Origin: Gammaproteobacteria bacterium
GTDB taxonomy: Bacteria; Pseudomonadota; Gammaproteobacteria; Eutrophobiales; Eutrophobiaceae
Assembly (NCBI GenBank): GCA_965222155.1
Contig: CBDCTH010000012.1
Coordinates: forward strand, 1,984,001-2,048,000
Direction of reading: 5' to 3'
Length of the DNA: 64,000 bases
Of this stretch, positions 52,552-62,101 are shown one piece after another. Each line of letters starts with the position of its first letter. Position 1 is the stretch's first letter. Position numbers and translations under genes: made by a program. The notes beneath the pieces were generated by a model. The model made no database searches, was not told where the DNA came from, and worked only from the letters and a program-made list of their open reading frames with translations.

Positions 52552-53495
52552 TGCTCGAACAATATGCTCCTGTTGACCAATCCTACCGGGAAATAGCTGG
52601 TTTACGTCCGTGGAACCTGTTGTTGACCGGAAGCCAAGAAACACTGGAGGCTGAACCCAGGTGCGTGGAACCCATTAAAAAGATTTCCCCTCATTTATCT
52701 GAAAAATATCAGCATATAAAAATTACCCGCCAACCGGATAAAGGGGGCGACGGCAGATTCATTCTTGATAAAGACGGAAAAACAAAGGAAACATCTGCCC
52801 AGGATTTCCACAAAAGCTTTAAAGAAATCATGGAGCGGCCTTGTGAGCAATCCGTTAGTGTGTTGATGGACATAACCAGCCTTGAATTGGATGCAATCCT
52901 TCATCTCCAGCATTATTTTAACCAACCGGATAATGTTCAAAACTTGTTTGCACTGTACACTTCTCCGCAAGATTATCATGGCCGTGACGAGTACAAATTG
53001 CGACTCAACGAGGTTGCTCAGCCGCCCGGCTACATCTCCCTGCGTCTGGATGAAGCCTCTTCTTATCCCCATGTTTTTATTTTGGGGTTTGATACAGGCA
53101 GGGCACTAAGATTCTTTGATCTGTTTGATGAATGGAAGGACAAAGAAAAATACGCCATCATCAGTGAACCATCTTATGTTCCCGACGGTGCCAGGAAAGC
53201 CAGGGATGCCAATCCATGGATTAACGATTTAATGCCTGAACAAATTTTTTCAATCCAAGGATTTGATCCGCTCGAGGTCTACGAAAAGTTACAGCAACTG
53301 TATCAACTCAAAGAACGGCTGGACATCATACCATTGGGACCAAAGCTGATGCTCCTGGGCGCTACCCGATTCTACTTTTCTTTGGCTGAAAAAGAACGCA
53401 ACAATGTTCGTATTTTGTACGATTTTCCACAATCTACTGCTGGGATTACTTCTGGCATAGGTTGGCACTACCTGTTTGACTGCAAAGCATCATGA
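52551..53495 (+). CDS. Hypothetical Rossmann/CARF-like protein coupled to the ATPase
   Basis: LMDITSL, LYTSPQDY, ILGFDTGRA, IIPLGPK; ATG overlaps the ATPase stop codon. Confidence 0.65.
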   Translation: MLEQYAPVDQSYREIAGLRPWNLLLTGSQETLEAEPRCVEPIKKISPHLSEKYQHIKITRQPDKGGDGRFILDKDGKTKETSAQDFHKSFKEIMERPCEQSVSVLMDITSLELDAILHLQHYFNQPDNVQNLFALYTSPQDYHGRDEYKLRLNEVAQPPGYISLRLDEASSYPHVFILGFDTGRALRFFDLFDEWKDKEKYAIISEPSYVPDGARKARDANPWINDLMPEQIFSIQGFDPLEVYEKLQQLYQLKERLDIIPLGPKLMLLGATRFYFSLAEKERNNVRILYDFPQSTAGITSGIGWHYLFDCKAS

Positions 53496-54679
53496 ATCTG
53501 GCACAGCATTTCACGCCGCATCCTCACGCAAGTTTGCTGGTTCAGGAAATGTATCCATTTACCGGCAGCAACAAGGATATAAGTGGGGTTGATCTCGGTG
53601 CGGGGAGTGGCGCACTCCTGTATTCAGCGACCCAAACATGGAAAAAAGCCAGTTTTTTTGGTGTGGATGTTTCCCGGTCTTTATTGAAAACCATAAAACA
53701 ACATTTTCCTTCGGTACAATTCCGTTGCCTGGATTTGCTCAGTACAAGGTCGCTTAAATCAAGAATACTGACAGATTTGGCCGAGTCCCGTGATATTGCC
53801 GTTTGCAATCCGCCATTCCTGAACTACCGTAATGACAAATTTTTTCGTGATCTTTGTCGAACGGTTAATTTACAGGATTGCTGCAAGATGTCAGTCGTTA
53901 CCTCCGACGTCATTTTTCTGCTCCATAATTTACGCTTGCTGAAAAAAGGCGGCACTCTCGGAATCATATTACCCGATGGTTTAATCACGGGGAAGAAGTT
54001 CCAGATATTACGCCAAAGCCTGCTATACAACCATCGGATTGAAGCAGTCATTCAATTACCTGACAATTCGTTCCCTGGAATTGAGGTCAGGACGCACATT
54101 TTAATCTTGCGTAAAGACATGACGCCTGCCGTAAGCGTAAAGGTAATGCAGGCAGGTACCGGTAGCATAAACGGGGAGTTGGAGGTTGAAGCTTCGGCGC
54201 TGGAACAACGAATGGACTACTCATACTGGCACTGGAAGTCGATCACAACAAATGCAAGGACTTTGACGTTGGCAGAGATTGGCGCAGACATTCATCGCGG
54301 TACAAGACCTCGGACATTTTTTGAGAATTCAGGGATCGACTGTGTCCATACCACTGGGTTACCTACAGCCGCCAAGCGTATCAATTTGCGGAGATCAACG
54401 TCCTTGGGATTCAGGATGGCGGAAACACAAGATATATTAACTGCCAGGGTCGGAAAACGTTGTATCGGTAGAGTAATGCTTGTGAATAAAGGGAACCTGC
54501 CAATAACTGACTGCATTTATCGTGTCCGCGTACCAAAACGTTGGATCAACGAAGTATGGCGCTCACTTATTTCTGACAGGGCGCGGGATTGGTTTTCAGC
54601 ACATTCTCACGGCGTTTGTGCGCAGGTAATAAGCAAATCAGATCTATTAAATTTTCCTATTGATTGTTGTGAGAACTGA
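53492..54679 (+). CDS. Amino (N6A/N4C) DNA methyltransferase with C-terminal TRD-like domain
   Basis: AQHFTP (motif X), DLGAGSG (motif I), CNPPF (motif IV), C-terminal DILTARVG...DCIYRVR. Confidence 0.88.
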   Translation: MNLAQHFTPHPHASLLVQEMYPFTGSNKDISGVDLGAGSGALLYSATQTWKKASFFGVDVSRSLLKTIKQHFPSVQFRCLDLLSTRSLKSRILTDLAESRDIAVCNPPFLNYRNDKFFRDLCRTVNLQDCCKMSVVTSDVIFLLHNLRLLKKGGTLGIILPDGLITGKKFQILRQSLLYNHRIEAVIQLPDNSFPGIEVRTHILILRKDMTPAVSVKVMQAGTGSINGELEVEASALEQRMDYSYWHWKSITTNARTLTLAEIGADIHRGTRPRTFFENSGIDCVHTTGLPTAAKRINLRRSTSLGFRMAETQDILTARVGKRCIGRVMLVNKGNLPITDCIYRVRVPKRWINEVWRSLISDRARDWFSAHSHGVCAQVISKSDLLNFPIDCCEN

Positions 54680-54761
54680 TAGCCGTAGTCCGAACGTCTC
54701 GCGAGCAGTGATAATAGAGACGAAAATAGAGGTTGTAGATTACTTTTTCTAGTTTGCTGAT

Positions 54762-55709
54762 TCAGAAATGGGAATATCCCGCGCCCTCAGGGGTATATTC
54801 GGAGCCGTCGTTTCTCATATAGCGCAGTCTCTTCTCTGCCGTAATTGTGCCGATGCGGTATGCCGGGTGGCCGATGCGTTCCAATTCCTGCTGTTTTGCC
54901 GGCGGTACGGTAAAACACAACTCGTAATCATCGCCGCCGCTGAGTACGTAGCGCCACTTTTCCGCAGGCGGACACTCGTTCTCAAGGTATGGGTCGACCG
55001 GAATTGAATCAATATTGAGCACGGCGCCGACGCGGCCGGCATCAAGCAGGTGACCCAGGTCAGCAAGCAGTCCGTCCGAGATGTCGATCATAGCGCTTGC
55101 GATTCCTCGCAGGGAAACCCCTAATCCCACCCGTGGTGTGGGCCTGAGCAAGCGCTTGTGACAATCAGCTTGAGGAGTCCGGCCGGACTTGAGCAGCGCC
55201 AATGCAAAAGCCGCACTGCCTGATGGACCGCTGACATAAATCAAATCATCCGCTTTTACGCCATCCCGCCGCACTTCCCGGCCTTTCGGACACTCCCCGA
55301 TGACCTGGATTGTCACTGAAAGGGGCCCTTTACAGAGATCCCCGCCGACCAGTGAAACCTCGTATTGCCCGGCCAGTTCCGCCAGGCCGCAGGCGAACCC
55401 GTCCAACCAGGCATGGGTCATCTGGTCCTCCGACAGGGTCAGTGCCAGGGTAATCCAGCGCGGCATGGCAGCCATAGCGGCCATATCGCTGAGGTTTACG
55501 GCCAGCGCCTTGTAGCCGATATCGGCAGGGTCCGCATCGGGAAAAAAATGGACGCCGGAAACCAGGCTGTCGGTTGTGGCGACAAGGTGAGAGGCCGCAT
55601 CAACGGCTAAAACCGCCGCATCATCACCCACACCGAGCACGACCCCGCTCCCCCCGGGGGTCAATCCGGCAAAATACTTTTCGATGGCGCCAAATTCAGT
55701 TAATGACAT
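54762..55709 (-). CDS. thiL: Thiamine-monophosphate kinase
   Basis: GVGDDAA, NLSDMAAM, GGD, DISDGL, GGDDYELCFT. Confidence 0.96.
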   Translation of the reverse strand: MSLTEFGAIEKYFAGLTPGGSGVVLGVGDDAAVLAVDAASHLVATTDSLVSGVHFFPDADPADIGYKALAVNLSDMAAMAAMPRWITLALTLSEDQMTHAWLDGFACGLAELAGQYEVSLVGGDLCKGPLSVTIQVIGECPKGREVRRDGVKADDLIYVSGPSGSAAFALALLKSGRTPQADCHKRLLRPTPRVGLGVSLRGIASAMIDISDGLLADLGHLLDAGRVGAVLNIDSIPVDPYLENECPPAEKWRYVLSGGDDYELCFTVPPAKQQELERIGHPAYRIGTITAEKRLRYMRNDGSEYTPEGAGYSHF

Positions 55710-55787
55710 TACGCCGCAGCGGATTATCCCACTGCTCCATGACTGTTATTTCTCAATGGCCGGCGATAAGACATTTTCAAAACCAGT

Positions 55788-56243
55788 TCAATTACCAGCC
55801 TTCGAACGAAGCTGTTGCGCGGCATGATCCAATACCCCGTTGATATATTTGTAGGAATCCTCCGCACCGAATACTTTTGCCAATTCAACAGACTCATTCA
55901 ATACCACGCGCCAAGGTAATGCAGGCTGATATTTGAGTTCATACATGCCCAGGTGCAGTACGGCCCTGGTGACCGGGTCCAGTTTATCCAGGGTCCGATC
56001 CAGAAAAGGTGTCAGGGCATCACTGATCGCGGCTGAATTACTGGCGCTTCCAGTCAGGATAGCGCGGAAATATTCCCCATCGGCCTTCTTCAACTCTTTT
56101 CTTTCATGCTCAAATTCAGTGATGATTTCACTCATCGGACGTCCGGTTAAAAACCACTGGTACAGTGCCTGCACGGCAGAGCGCCTGGCCCGCACTCGTG
56201 CGCGCATGGAGCGGCCGTTATTATCTGCGTTTATCTGCGTCAT
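55788..56243 (-). CDS. nusB: Transcription antitermination factor NusB
   Basis: ARRSAVQALYQW, ESVELAKVFG, YINGVLD. Confidence 0.96.
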   Translation of the reverse strand: MTQINADNNGRSMRARVRARRSAVQALYQWFLTGRPMSEIITEFEHERKELKKADGEYFRAILTGSASNSAAISDALTPFLDRTLDKLDPVTRAVLHLGMYELKYQPALPWRVVLNESVELAKVFGAEDSYKYINGVLDHAAQQLRSKAGN

Positions 56244-56258
56244 GTGCGGATTGATCTT

Positions 56259-57350
56259 TCAATAACTCGGCTTGAATACAAAACGCCAGTCCTCATCAAA
56301 CCGACGAAAGTCCACCAGATCCATTTTATAGCGGTCGTTCATATCGGTGATGACGGGAGTATCCATCATATCAACGGCAGCCGCGCCCAGTATGATCGGA
56401 GCCTGGTATACTACAAGTTCATCAATCAGGCCTTGGGCCAGCATAACACCGGACAACTTCGCTCCCGCTTCCACCAGCAACTCGTTCACCTCATAAGTCA
56501 GCGCCAACTCCCGCAAGACGGCATCCAGAAAATCGTCCTCATCCTCATCAACAGGCTGAACGCGCGCGCCGGCGCGTTCAAGGATTTGCCGGATTTGCTC
56601 ATCCCTGTTCCTGGTGAACAGGATAGTTGTCCCGTCCACGGCAAGCATTTTTGCGCCGGCAGGGAATCTCAGGTCCCTGTCGAGCACTATCCTGAGAGGT
56701 TGCCTGCCCCTGGTATCCACATCCCTGACATTCAAGCGCGGGTCATCAGCCAATACGGTATTGATACCGGTCATGACGGCAGAGCTTGCCGCTCTCAACT
56801 CCTGCACGTCCAGCCTGGAAGCTGTGCCGGTTATCCACCGGCTTACCCCCCCGGCTAATGCCGTTTTCCCGTCAAGACTGACGGCTGATTTACAGCGGAC
56901 ATAAGGCCGCCCCCGTGTCATCCTGGAAATGAACCCCTTGTTCAGTTCGTTTGCTTGTTCCGCCATTAAGCCGGTTTCCACACCGATGCCGGCATTTTTT
57001 AACGCCTTTATTCCCGCAACTTGCGGATTCGGGTCCGGCGCGGCTATCACGACCCGGCTTATTCCTGCCCTGATAAGCGCTTCCGTACAAGGCGGTGTTC
57101 GTCCGTGATGGGAACAGGGCTCGAGTGAGACGTAGGCAGTGGCGCCGCGCAGGTCACAGGAAGCATCATTCAACGCGTTGATCTCCGCATGAGGCTCGCC
57201 GGCTTTCAGATGCCAGCCTGTCCCCATAACTCGCTCATCCTTTGTTATGACACAACCCACTCGGGGGTTGGGGTGGGTGGTAAACCGACCCAGTTGCGCC
57301 AGCTCCAGGGCACGCGACATACAGGCGGAATCAACTGCCGTCCACCTCAC
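56259..57350 (-). CDS. ribD: Riboflavin biosynthesis deaminase/reductase
   Basis: PNPRVGC, HAE, LEPCSHHGRTPPC, SLDG, VEAG. Confidence 0.96.
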   Translation of the reverse strand: MRWTAVDSACMSRALELAQLGRFTTHPNPRVGCVITKDERVMGTGWHLKAGEPHAEINALNDASCDLRGATAYVSLEPCSHHGRTPPCTEALIRAGISRVVIAAPDPNPQVAGIKALKNAGIGVETGLMAEQANELNKGFISRMTRGRPYVRCKSAVSLDGKTALAGGVSRWITGTASRLDVQELRAASSAVMTGINTVLADDPRLNVRDVDTRGRQPLRIVLDRDLRFPAGAKMLAVDGTTILFTRNRDEQIRQILERAGARVQPVDEDEDDFLDAVLRELALTYEVNELLVEAGAKLSGVMLAQGLIDELVVYQAPIILGAAAVDMMDTPVITDMNDRYKMDLVDFRRFDEDWRFVFKPSY

Positions 57351-57351
57351 T

Positions 57352-57858
57352 TCAATTGTTTCTCTCGTTCAGCAGGTCCAGTTGCGCATCTTTCAGCTCA
57401 GGAGGCACTTCGTCCTCAAGCTTCTCTATCTCTTCCAAAAATGCCCTGACGTCGGCAAAACTATGATACACGGAAGCAAATCGGAGATAGGCCACCTGGT
57501 CCACAGTCCGTAATTCTTCCATGACCAGGTCCCCTAATTTTCTTGACTTTACTTCCCTCACACCCAGAGAGCGCAGCTTATGTTTGAGGCGGGCAATGGC
57601 ATTTTCCACCTTTTCCATTGCAACCGGCCTTTTTTCAAGGGCGCGCAAAATGCCGGAACGCAGTTTATCCTCAATGAATCGTTCACGCCGGTCATCGGAT
57701 TTGATAATCCTGGGGTAACTGAACTCGGCTGCCTCATAAGTGGTATAACGTTCTTTGCATTCCAGGCATTCACGTCGACGCCTGACCTGATCCCCCTCGT
57801 CGGTCAACCTGGAATCGACGACCCTCGTATCCTCAAATGAGCAGAATGGGCAACGCAT
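57352..57858 (-). CDS. nrdR: Transcriptional repressor NrdR
   Basis: MRCPFC...[17 protein letters not shown]. Confidence 0.97.
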   Translation of the reverse strand: MRCPFCSFEDTRVVDSRLTDEGDQVRRRRECLECKERYTTYEAAEFSYPRIIKSDDRRERFIEDKLRSGILRALEKRPVAMEKVENAIARLKHKLRSLGVREVKSRKLGDLVMEELRTVDQVAYLRFASVYHSFADVRAFLEEIEKLEDEVPPELKDAQLDLLNERNN

Positions 57859-57880
57859 AATTGCAATTATACGTTAAATA

Positions 57881-57906
57881 AGGGGACAGATTTAAATCTG
57901 TCCCCT
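57881..57906. repeat. REP palindrome AGGGGACAGATTTAAATCTGTCCCCT
   Basis: Perfect 26-bp palindrome. Confidence 0.75.
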
Positions 57907-57966
57907 GCATGGGCAGATATGTCAGGGAAAGATATAAATCTGTTCCTGCATCGGCACGGTCACTTA

Positions 57967-59232
57967 TTATCCGTTACTTGCTTCATACATCGGAAAACGT
58001 CCGCATAAAGCCTTCACTTCGCCTTTAATCTTCTCGACCAATGCATCATTACCCATATTATCTATCACTTCACAAATCCAGGAGGCAACCTGGGAGGCCT
58101 CTGCTTGCTTGAAGCCGCGGGTAGTAATCGACGGGGTGCCGATACGTATCCCGCTGGTTACGAAAGGCGATTGCGGGTCGTTGGGCACAGCGTTTTTATT
58201 TACCGTAATGTTGGCCCGGTCCAGGGCCGCGTCCAGGTCTTTACCCGTTATGCCTTTGTTCACCAGGTTGACCAGGAACAGGTGGTTGTCAGTCCCACCG
58301 GAAACAACGTCAACGCCCCGTTGAATAAAGACCTCTGCCATGGTACGCGCATTGTTTATAACCTGGTGCTGGTAGACCTTGAATTCCGGTTCCATGGCCT
58401 CCTTGAAAGCAACCGCTTTTGCGGCAATCACATGCATCAACGGCCCGCCCTGATAGGATGGAAAAACCGTAAAATTCAGCTTTTTTTCGATTTCAGGGTT
58501 GGCTTTAGCCAGGATCAGACCGGAACGGGGACCGCGCAAGGTCTTATGAGTGGTCGTTGTCGTCACGTCCGCTATTTGGACCGGGCTGGGGTACGTTCCG
58601 GTGGCGATCAACCCGGCCACATGGGCGATGTCGGCTACCAGGTATGCGCCTGTTTTATCCGCAATATCCCTGAATCTCTGCCAGTCCAGTCTGCGCGAAT
58701 AGGCGGAGAAACCGGTCATGATGAGCCGTGGTTTATGTTCCAGGGCGAGCTGTTCCGCAGCGTCGTAATCAATTTCGCCGGTATCCGCGTTCAGCCCGTA
58801 CTGTACCGCCTTATATAATCTTCCCGAGACGCTGACCGATGCCCCATGAGTCAGGTGACCACCGTGAGCAAGACTCATTCCCATAATCGTATCGCCCGGT
58901 TGGCACAGCGCAAGATACACCGCGCCGTTTGCCTGGGAACCCGAATGGGGTTGAACATTGGCGTAATCCGCGCCGAACAACTGTTTGGCGCGATCGATGG
59001 CAAGTTGTTCAACAACGTCGACATATTCACAGCCGCCGTAGTAACGTTTACCCGGATAGCCTTCGGCATATTTATTGGTCAGCACCGAACCCTGCGCCTC
59101 CAGCACCCTGGGGCTGACGTTGTTTTCCGACGCTATCAACTCAATATGCTCTTCCTGCCGGGTCTTCTCCCCCTGCATGGCCTGGTAGAGCACATCATCG
59201 TACTCCGCAATTTTCATGTCTCTACTGAACAT
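57967..59232 (-). CDS. glyA: Serine hydroxymethyltransferase
   Basis: [26 protein letters not shown]. Confidence 0.98.
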   Translation of the reverse strand: MFSRDMKIAEYDDVLYQAMQGEKTRQEEHIELIASENNVSPRVLEAQGSVLTNKYAEGYPGKRYYGGCEYVDVVEQLAIDRAKQLFGADYANVQPHSGSQANGAVYLALCQPGDTIMGMSLAHGGHLTHGASVSVSGRLYKAVQYGLNADTGEIDYDAAEQLALEHKPRLIMTGFSAYSRRLDWQRFRDIADKTGAYLVADIAHVAGLIATGTYPSPVQIADVTTTTTHKTLRGPRSGLILAKANPEIEKKLNFTVFPSYQGGPLMHVIAAKAVAFKEAMEPEFKVYQHQVINNARTMAEVFIQRGVDVVSGGTDNHLFLVNLVNKGITGKDLDAALDRANITVNKNAVPNDPQSPFVTSGIRIGTPSITTRGFKQAEASQVASWICEVIDNMGNDALVEKIKGEVKALCGRFPMYEASNG

Positions 59233-59368
59233 AACTCACCTTTCAATTTACAAAATTGGTACGGTATCATAAAGCTGACAGATATATTTACATCCGGATT
59301 TTACAAAAAAGCCGGAGGCGCTGCATATCAGCGTATAATGGTGGATTAATCAACAATATAATCGTGTA

Positions 59369-60235
59369 ATGACAAATACGGATAATTCGGGGTCTCGATT
59401 CAATTCCCTGCTGGACAGACTGAAATTTATCATACCGTCCCCGCGCCCGAAGCAGGCTGCCTCTCTGATGCGCTGGCGGCGTAAAGGTGCGTCATCATAC
59501 ATCGAGAAAATCAAATATTCCAGGGATATCAGGTTGGATGACCTGCTTTTTCTGGACCGGCAAAAAACCGTTATGCGTTCGAACACCGAACAGTTCATCA
59601 ACAATTATCCCGCAAACAACGTCCTGTTGTGGGGTCCACGGGGTACGGGTAAATCATCCCTGGTCAAAGCCATATTCAGTGAGTACCGGGACCGGGGACT
59701 GCACCTGCTGGAAGTGACGCGGGACAACCTGATCGACCTGAACGAAATCTGTGATGCATTGAGCCATTTCACAGGCAGATTCATTATTTACTGTGATGAT
59801 TTATCTTTCGACGCGAATGATCCCAGTTACAAGTCTCTCAAGGTACTGTTGGACGGTTCGGTAAGCGATATTCCGGACAACATCCTGATCTACGCCACCT
59901 CGAACCGGCGTCACCTGATACCGGAATTCAGGTCTGAGAACCTTGAGGCAAAAATGCTTGACGGCGAGATTCACCATGGAGAAGCCGTGGAAGAGAAACT
60001 CTCGCTGTCGGAACGCTTCGGCATCTGGTTGTCGTTCCACCCGTTCAACCAGGAACAATACCTGCAGATTGCATTTCACTGGCTGGACAGGGCTGGTGTA
60101 AATATCGATGATCCCGAACAGGTCAGAGAAGCTGCATTGCAATGGGCGCTGGAAAAAGGCACGCGTAGCGGCAGAAGCGCAGCCCAATTCGCGCGCAACT
60201 GGGCCGGCATGACCTTACTGGCTGATAATGGTTGA
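59369..60235 (+). CDS. DUF815-family AAA+ ATP-binding protein
   Basis: PANNVLLWGPRGTGKSS, CDDLSF, YATSNRRHL, EEKLSLSERFG, RSGRSA. Confidence 0.9.
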   Translation: MTNTDNSGSRFNSLLDRLKFIIPSPRPKQAASLMRWRRKGASSYIEKIKYSRDIRLDDLLFLDRQKTVMRSNTEQFINNYPANNVLLWGPRGTGKSSLVKAIFSEYRDRGLHLLEVTRDNLIDLNEICDALSHFTGRFIIYCDDLSFDANDPSYKSLKVLLDGSVSDIPDNILIYATSNRRHLIPEFRSENLEAKMLDGEIHHGEAVEEKLSLSERFGIWLSFHPFNQEQYLQIAFHWLDRAGVNIDDPEQVREAALQWALEKGTRSGRSAAQFARNWAGMTLLADNG

Positions 60236-60962
60236 GTTTGCAGTCATCGGCGGCACCGGTCTGACCAGCATCGATGCGGTGACAATCTTGTCCGAACAGG
60301 ATGTCGAGACTCCTTTCGGCGAGCCTTCAGGCAAACTGATATTCGGCAAACTGGCAGGAAGGGAAATCGTGTTTCTTCCACGTCATGGCCGCCGCTACGC
60401 CATCCCGCCCCACAAGATCAACTACAGGGCGAATATCCGGGCGCTCAAGGATTGCGGTTGCAGGAAAATCATCGCGATAAACGCGGTGGGCGGTATCACC
60501 GGGGCTATGCAGCCAGGCTGGCTGGTCATACCCGACCAGGTCATTGATTATACTCACTCAAGAAAAAACACTTATTTCGAGGATGACCTGGACAGGGCCG
60601 TCAATATAGATTTCAGTGATCCGTATTGCACAGACCTGCGGGATAAAATCATTGCTGCCGGCGCGGCCCTGGATCTTGATCTGGTAACGTACGGGACCAT
60701 GGGCGTTACCCAGGGACCCAGGCTTGAAACCGTTGCGGAGATTAACCGCCTGGAGAGGGACGGCTGCGATATTGTCGGCATGACGGGTATGCCGGAAGCC
60801 TGTCTCGCGCGCGAACTGGAACTGGACTATGCGACCCTTGCAGTAATCGCCAACCGGGGGGCAGGCAGGGGCGACCCTGTGATCACTATGGAGTCGATAG
60901 AAAAAAATCTGGCAGCTGGAATGGCCGGGGTATTGCGCTTGCTCACCGCGATAATTCAATGA
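60228..60962 (+). CDS. S-methyl-5'-thioinosine/thioadenosine phosphorylase
   Basis: IGGTG, PRHG, PPHKINYRANI, GPRLET, GMTGMPEA.LARE. Confidence 0.9.
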   Translation: MVEFAVIGGTGLTSIDAVTILSEQDVETPFGEPSGKLIFGKLAGREIVFLPRHGRRYAIPPHKINYRANIRALKDCGCRKIIAINAVGGITGAMQPGWLVIPDQVIDYTHSRKNTYFEDDLDRAVNIDFSDPYCTDLRDKIIAAGAALDLDLVTYGTMGVTQGPRLETVAEINRLERDGCDIVGMTGMPEACLARELELDYATLAVIANRGAGRGDPVITMESIEKNLAAGMAGVLRLLTAIIQ

Positions 60963-60978
60963 TTGTCGTTCCTGGCAA

Positions 60979-61764
60979 CTACGGGTTTTGGGGGCTGCTC
61001 CCGGTTTCAATCCGGCTGACCTGGATGACCAGGCCAAACAAGGGATGGTCAAAATAATGTAATTCGTTCAGTTTGACCCTTCTGCTCTCCGTCAGCCTCA
61101 CGTAGTCCGCCCATAGCCGGTCATAGCCGGCGGTTCCCTCCGGGGGGTCCAGGTCCGGTTGTTCCAGGAACTCTGGGAAATAGGCAAAATCCACATCAAG
61201 ATGCAGGTAACGCGATCTGCGCAGCCGGATGATGCCGTCATAAACCTTCACAGGCGGCGTATACTCCGGCCTATCCCATAGCTCACCCGGTTCCGCTTCA
61301 ACCTGTTCTGCGGGTTTCTCCTCAAACTGGGTATTGTCCAGGTGGATGGCTCTGATATCCCGTTTATCAAGTGCTGGTTGTTGCCATGCCACGTGGAGCA
61401 GAGGTCGATATTCCCTGGATAACCTCAGCACCCTGTTGACGCCGGCAAGCCGGTAATTGTCTTTTGACAAGGCCAGGTACGGCATCAAATCCGCCTCATC
61501 AGCGGGATTAATCGTTTCTCCCGGCACAGGCTCTGCCACGCCTGTGATCAATTCAATGGATTGATCACGTCCGGGCAATCCCGGGTTTTCATACCACCAT
61601 TCGTTGCCGGCATCAGGCTCTAGGTATTCAAACAGGACCACCTCCACCTGGTACCAGTCGGCTGGCGCAGGGGCGCTGAATCCCGCTAACAGACAATAAA
61701 ACAAGGCCGGCAGCAACCTGGGCCTGGTACGTGGGAACTGCGGAAAATTAATACCAATCAGCAT
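60979..61764 (-). CDS. CsiV-family periplasmic protein
   Basis: WYQVEVVLF, LLHVAWQQP, RYLHL, ELHYFDHPLFGL. Confidence 0.85.
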   Translation of the reverse strand: MLIGINFPQFPRTRPRLLPALFYCLLAGFSAPAPADWYQVEVVLFEYLEPDAGNEWWYENPGLPGRDQSIELITGVAEPVPGETINPADEADLMPYLALSKDNYRLAGVNRVLRLSREYRPLLHVAWQQPALDKRDIRAIHLDNTQFEEKPAEQVEAEPGELWDRPEYTPPVKVYDGIIRLRRSRYLHLDVDFAYFPEFLEQPDLDPPEGTAGYDRLWADYVRLTESRRVKLNELHYFDHPLFGLVIQVSRIETGSSPQNP

Positions 61765-61825
61765 GTACCTTCAGGATATCTCAATCATCCTCTCAAATAT
61801 TTATTTATCGTAGCACAACCCGAAA

Positions 61826-62012
61826 CAGCGGCTCCCGCTAATTTCACCTGGAGGGTTTTGGCAGCTATGTGTCCGTGACTAGCGCCAGAGCCTGCCCCTG
61901 CATGCCGTAAGCAGGGGGACGAGCGCGGGACGGGCCAGAGCCTGCATGTCGTAAGCAGGGGGATGGCCCTCGGAACGGACACATAGCTCCCAAAACCCGG
62001 TTGCCGAACCTG
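61826..62012. mobile_element. MITE related to 43460-43623, with two family B cores
   Basis: CAGCGGCTCCCGCTAA start; GGGTTTTG..AGCTATGTGTCCG / CGGACACATAGCT..CAAAACCC inverted repeat. Confidence 0.65.
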
Positions 62013-62101
62013 AAACTATACGTTGCCCTGCAAGCAATAATGCCCCTTATAATGTTAACCTTGTGAGATGACCCCATTAACGGCATAAAACTCCGTAACA
62101 T

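Larger units (their letters stand above)
47821..54761. mobile_element. Genomic islet inserted at the thiL 3' end (no integrase inside)
   Basis: Bounded by the 181-bp direct repeats, visibly AT-richer than the flanks, five coupled genes. Confidence 0.75.

Noticed and set aside
47994-54679. Islet as type I RM, BREX, DISARM or a plasmid partition cassette
   Set aside because: No HsdR, PglZ/BrxC, DrmA/B or ParB recognisable, and the ParA domain is fused to a second ATPase.
59369-60235. DUF815 ATPase as part of the defence locus
   Set aside because: A widespread conserved family with host-like composition, located outside the thiL-bounded islet.
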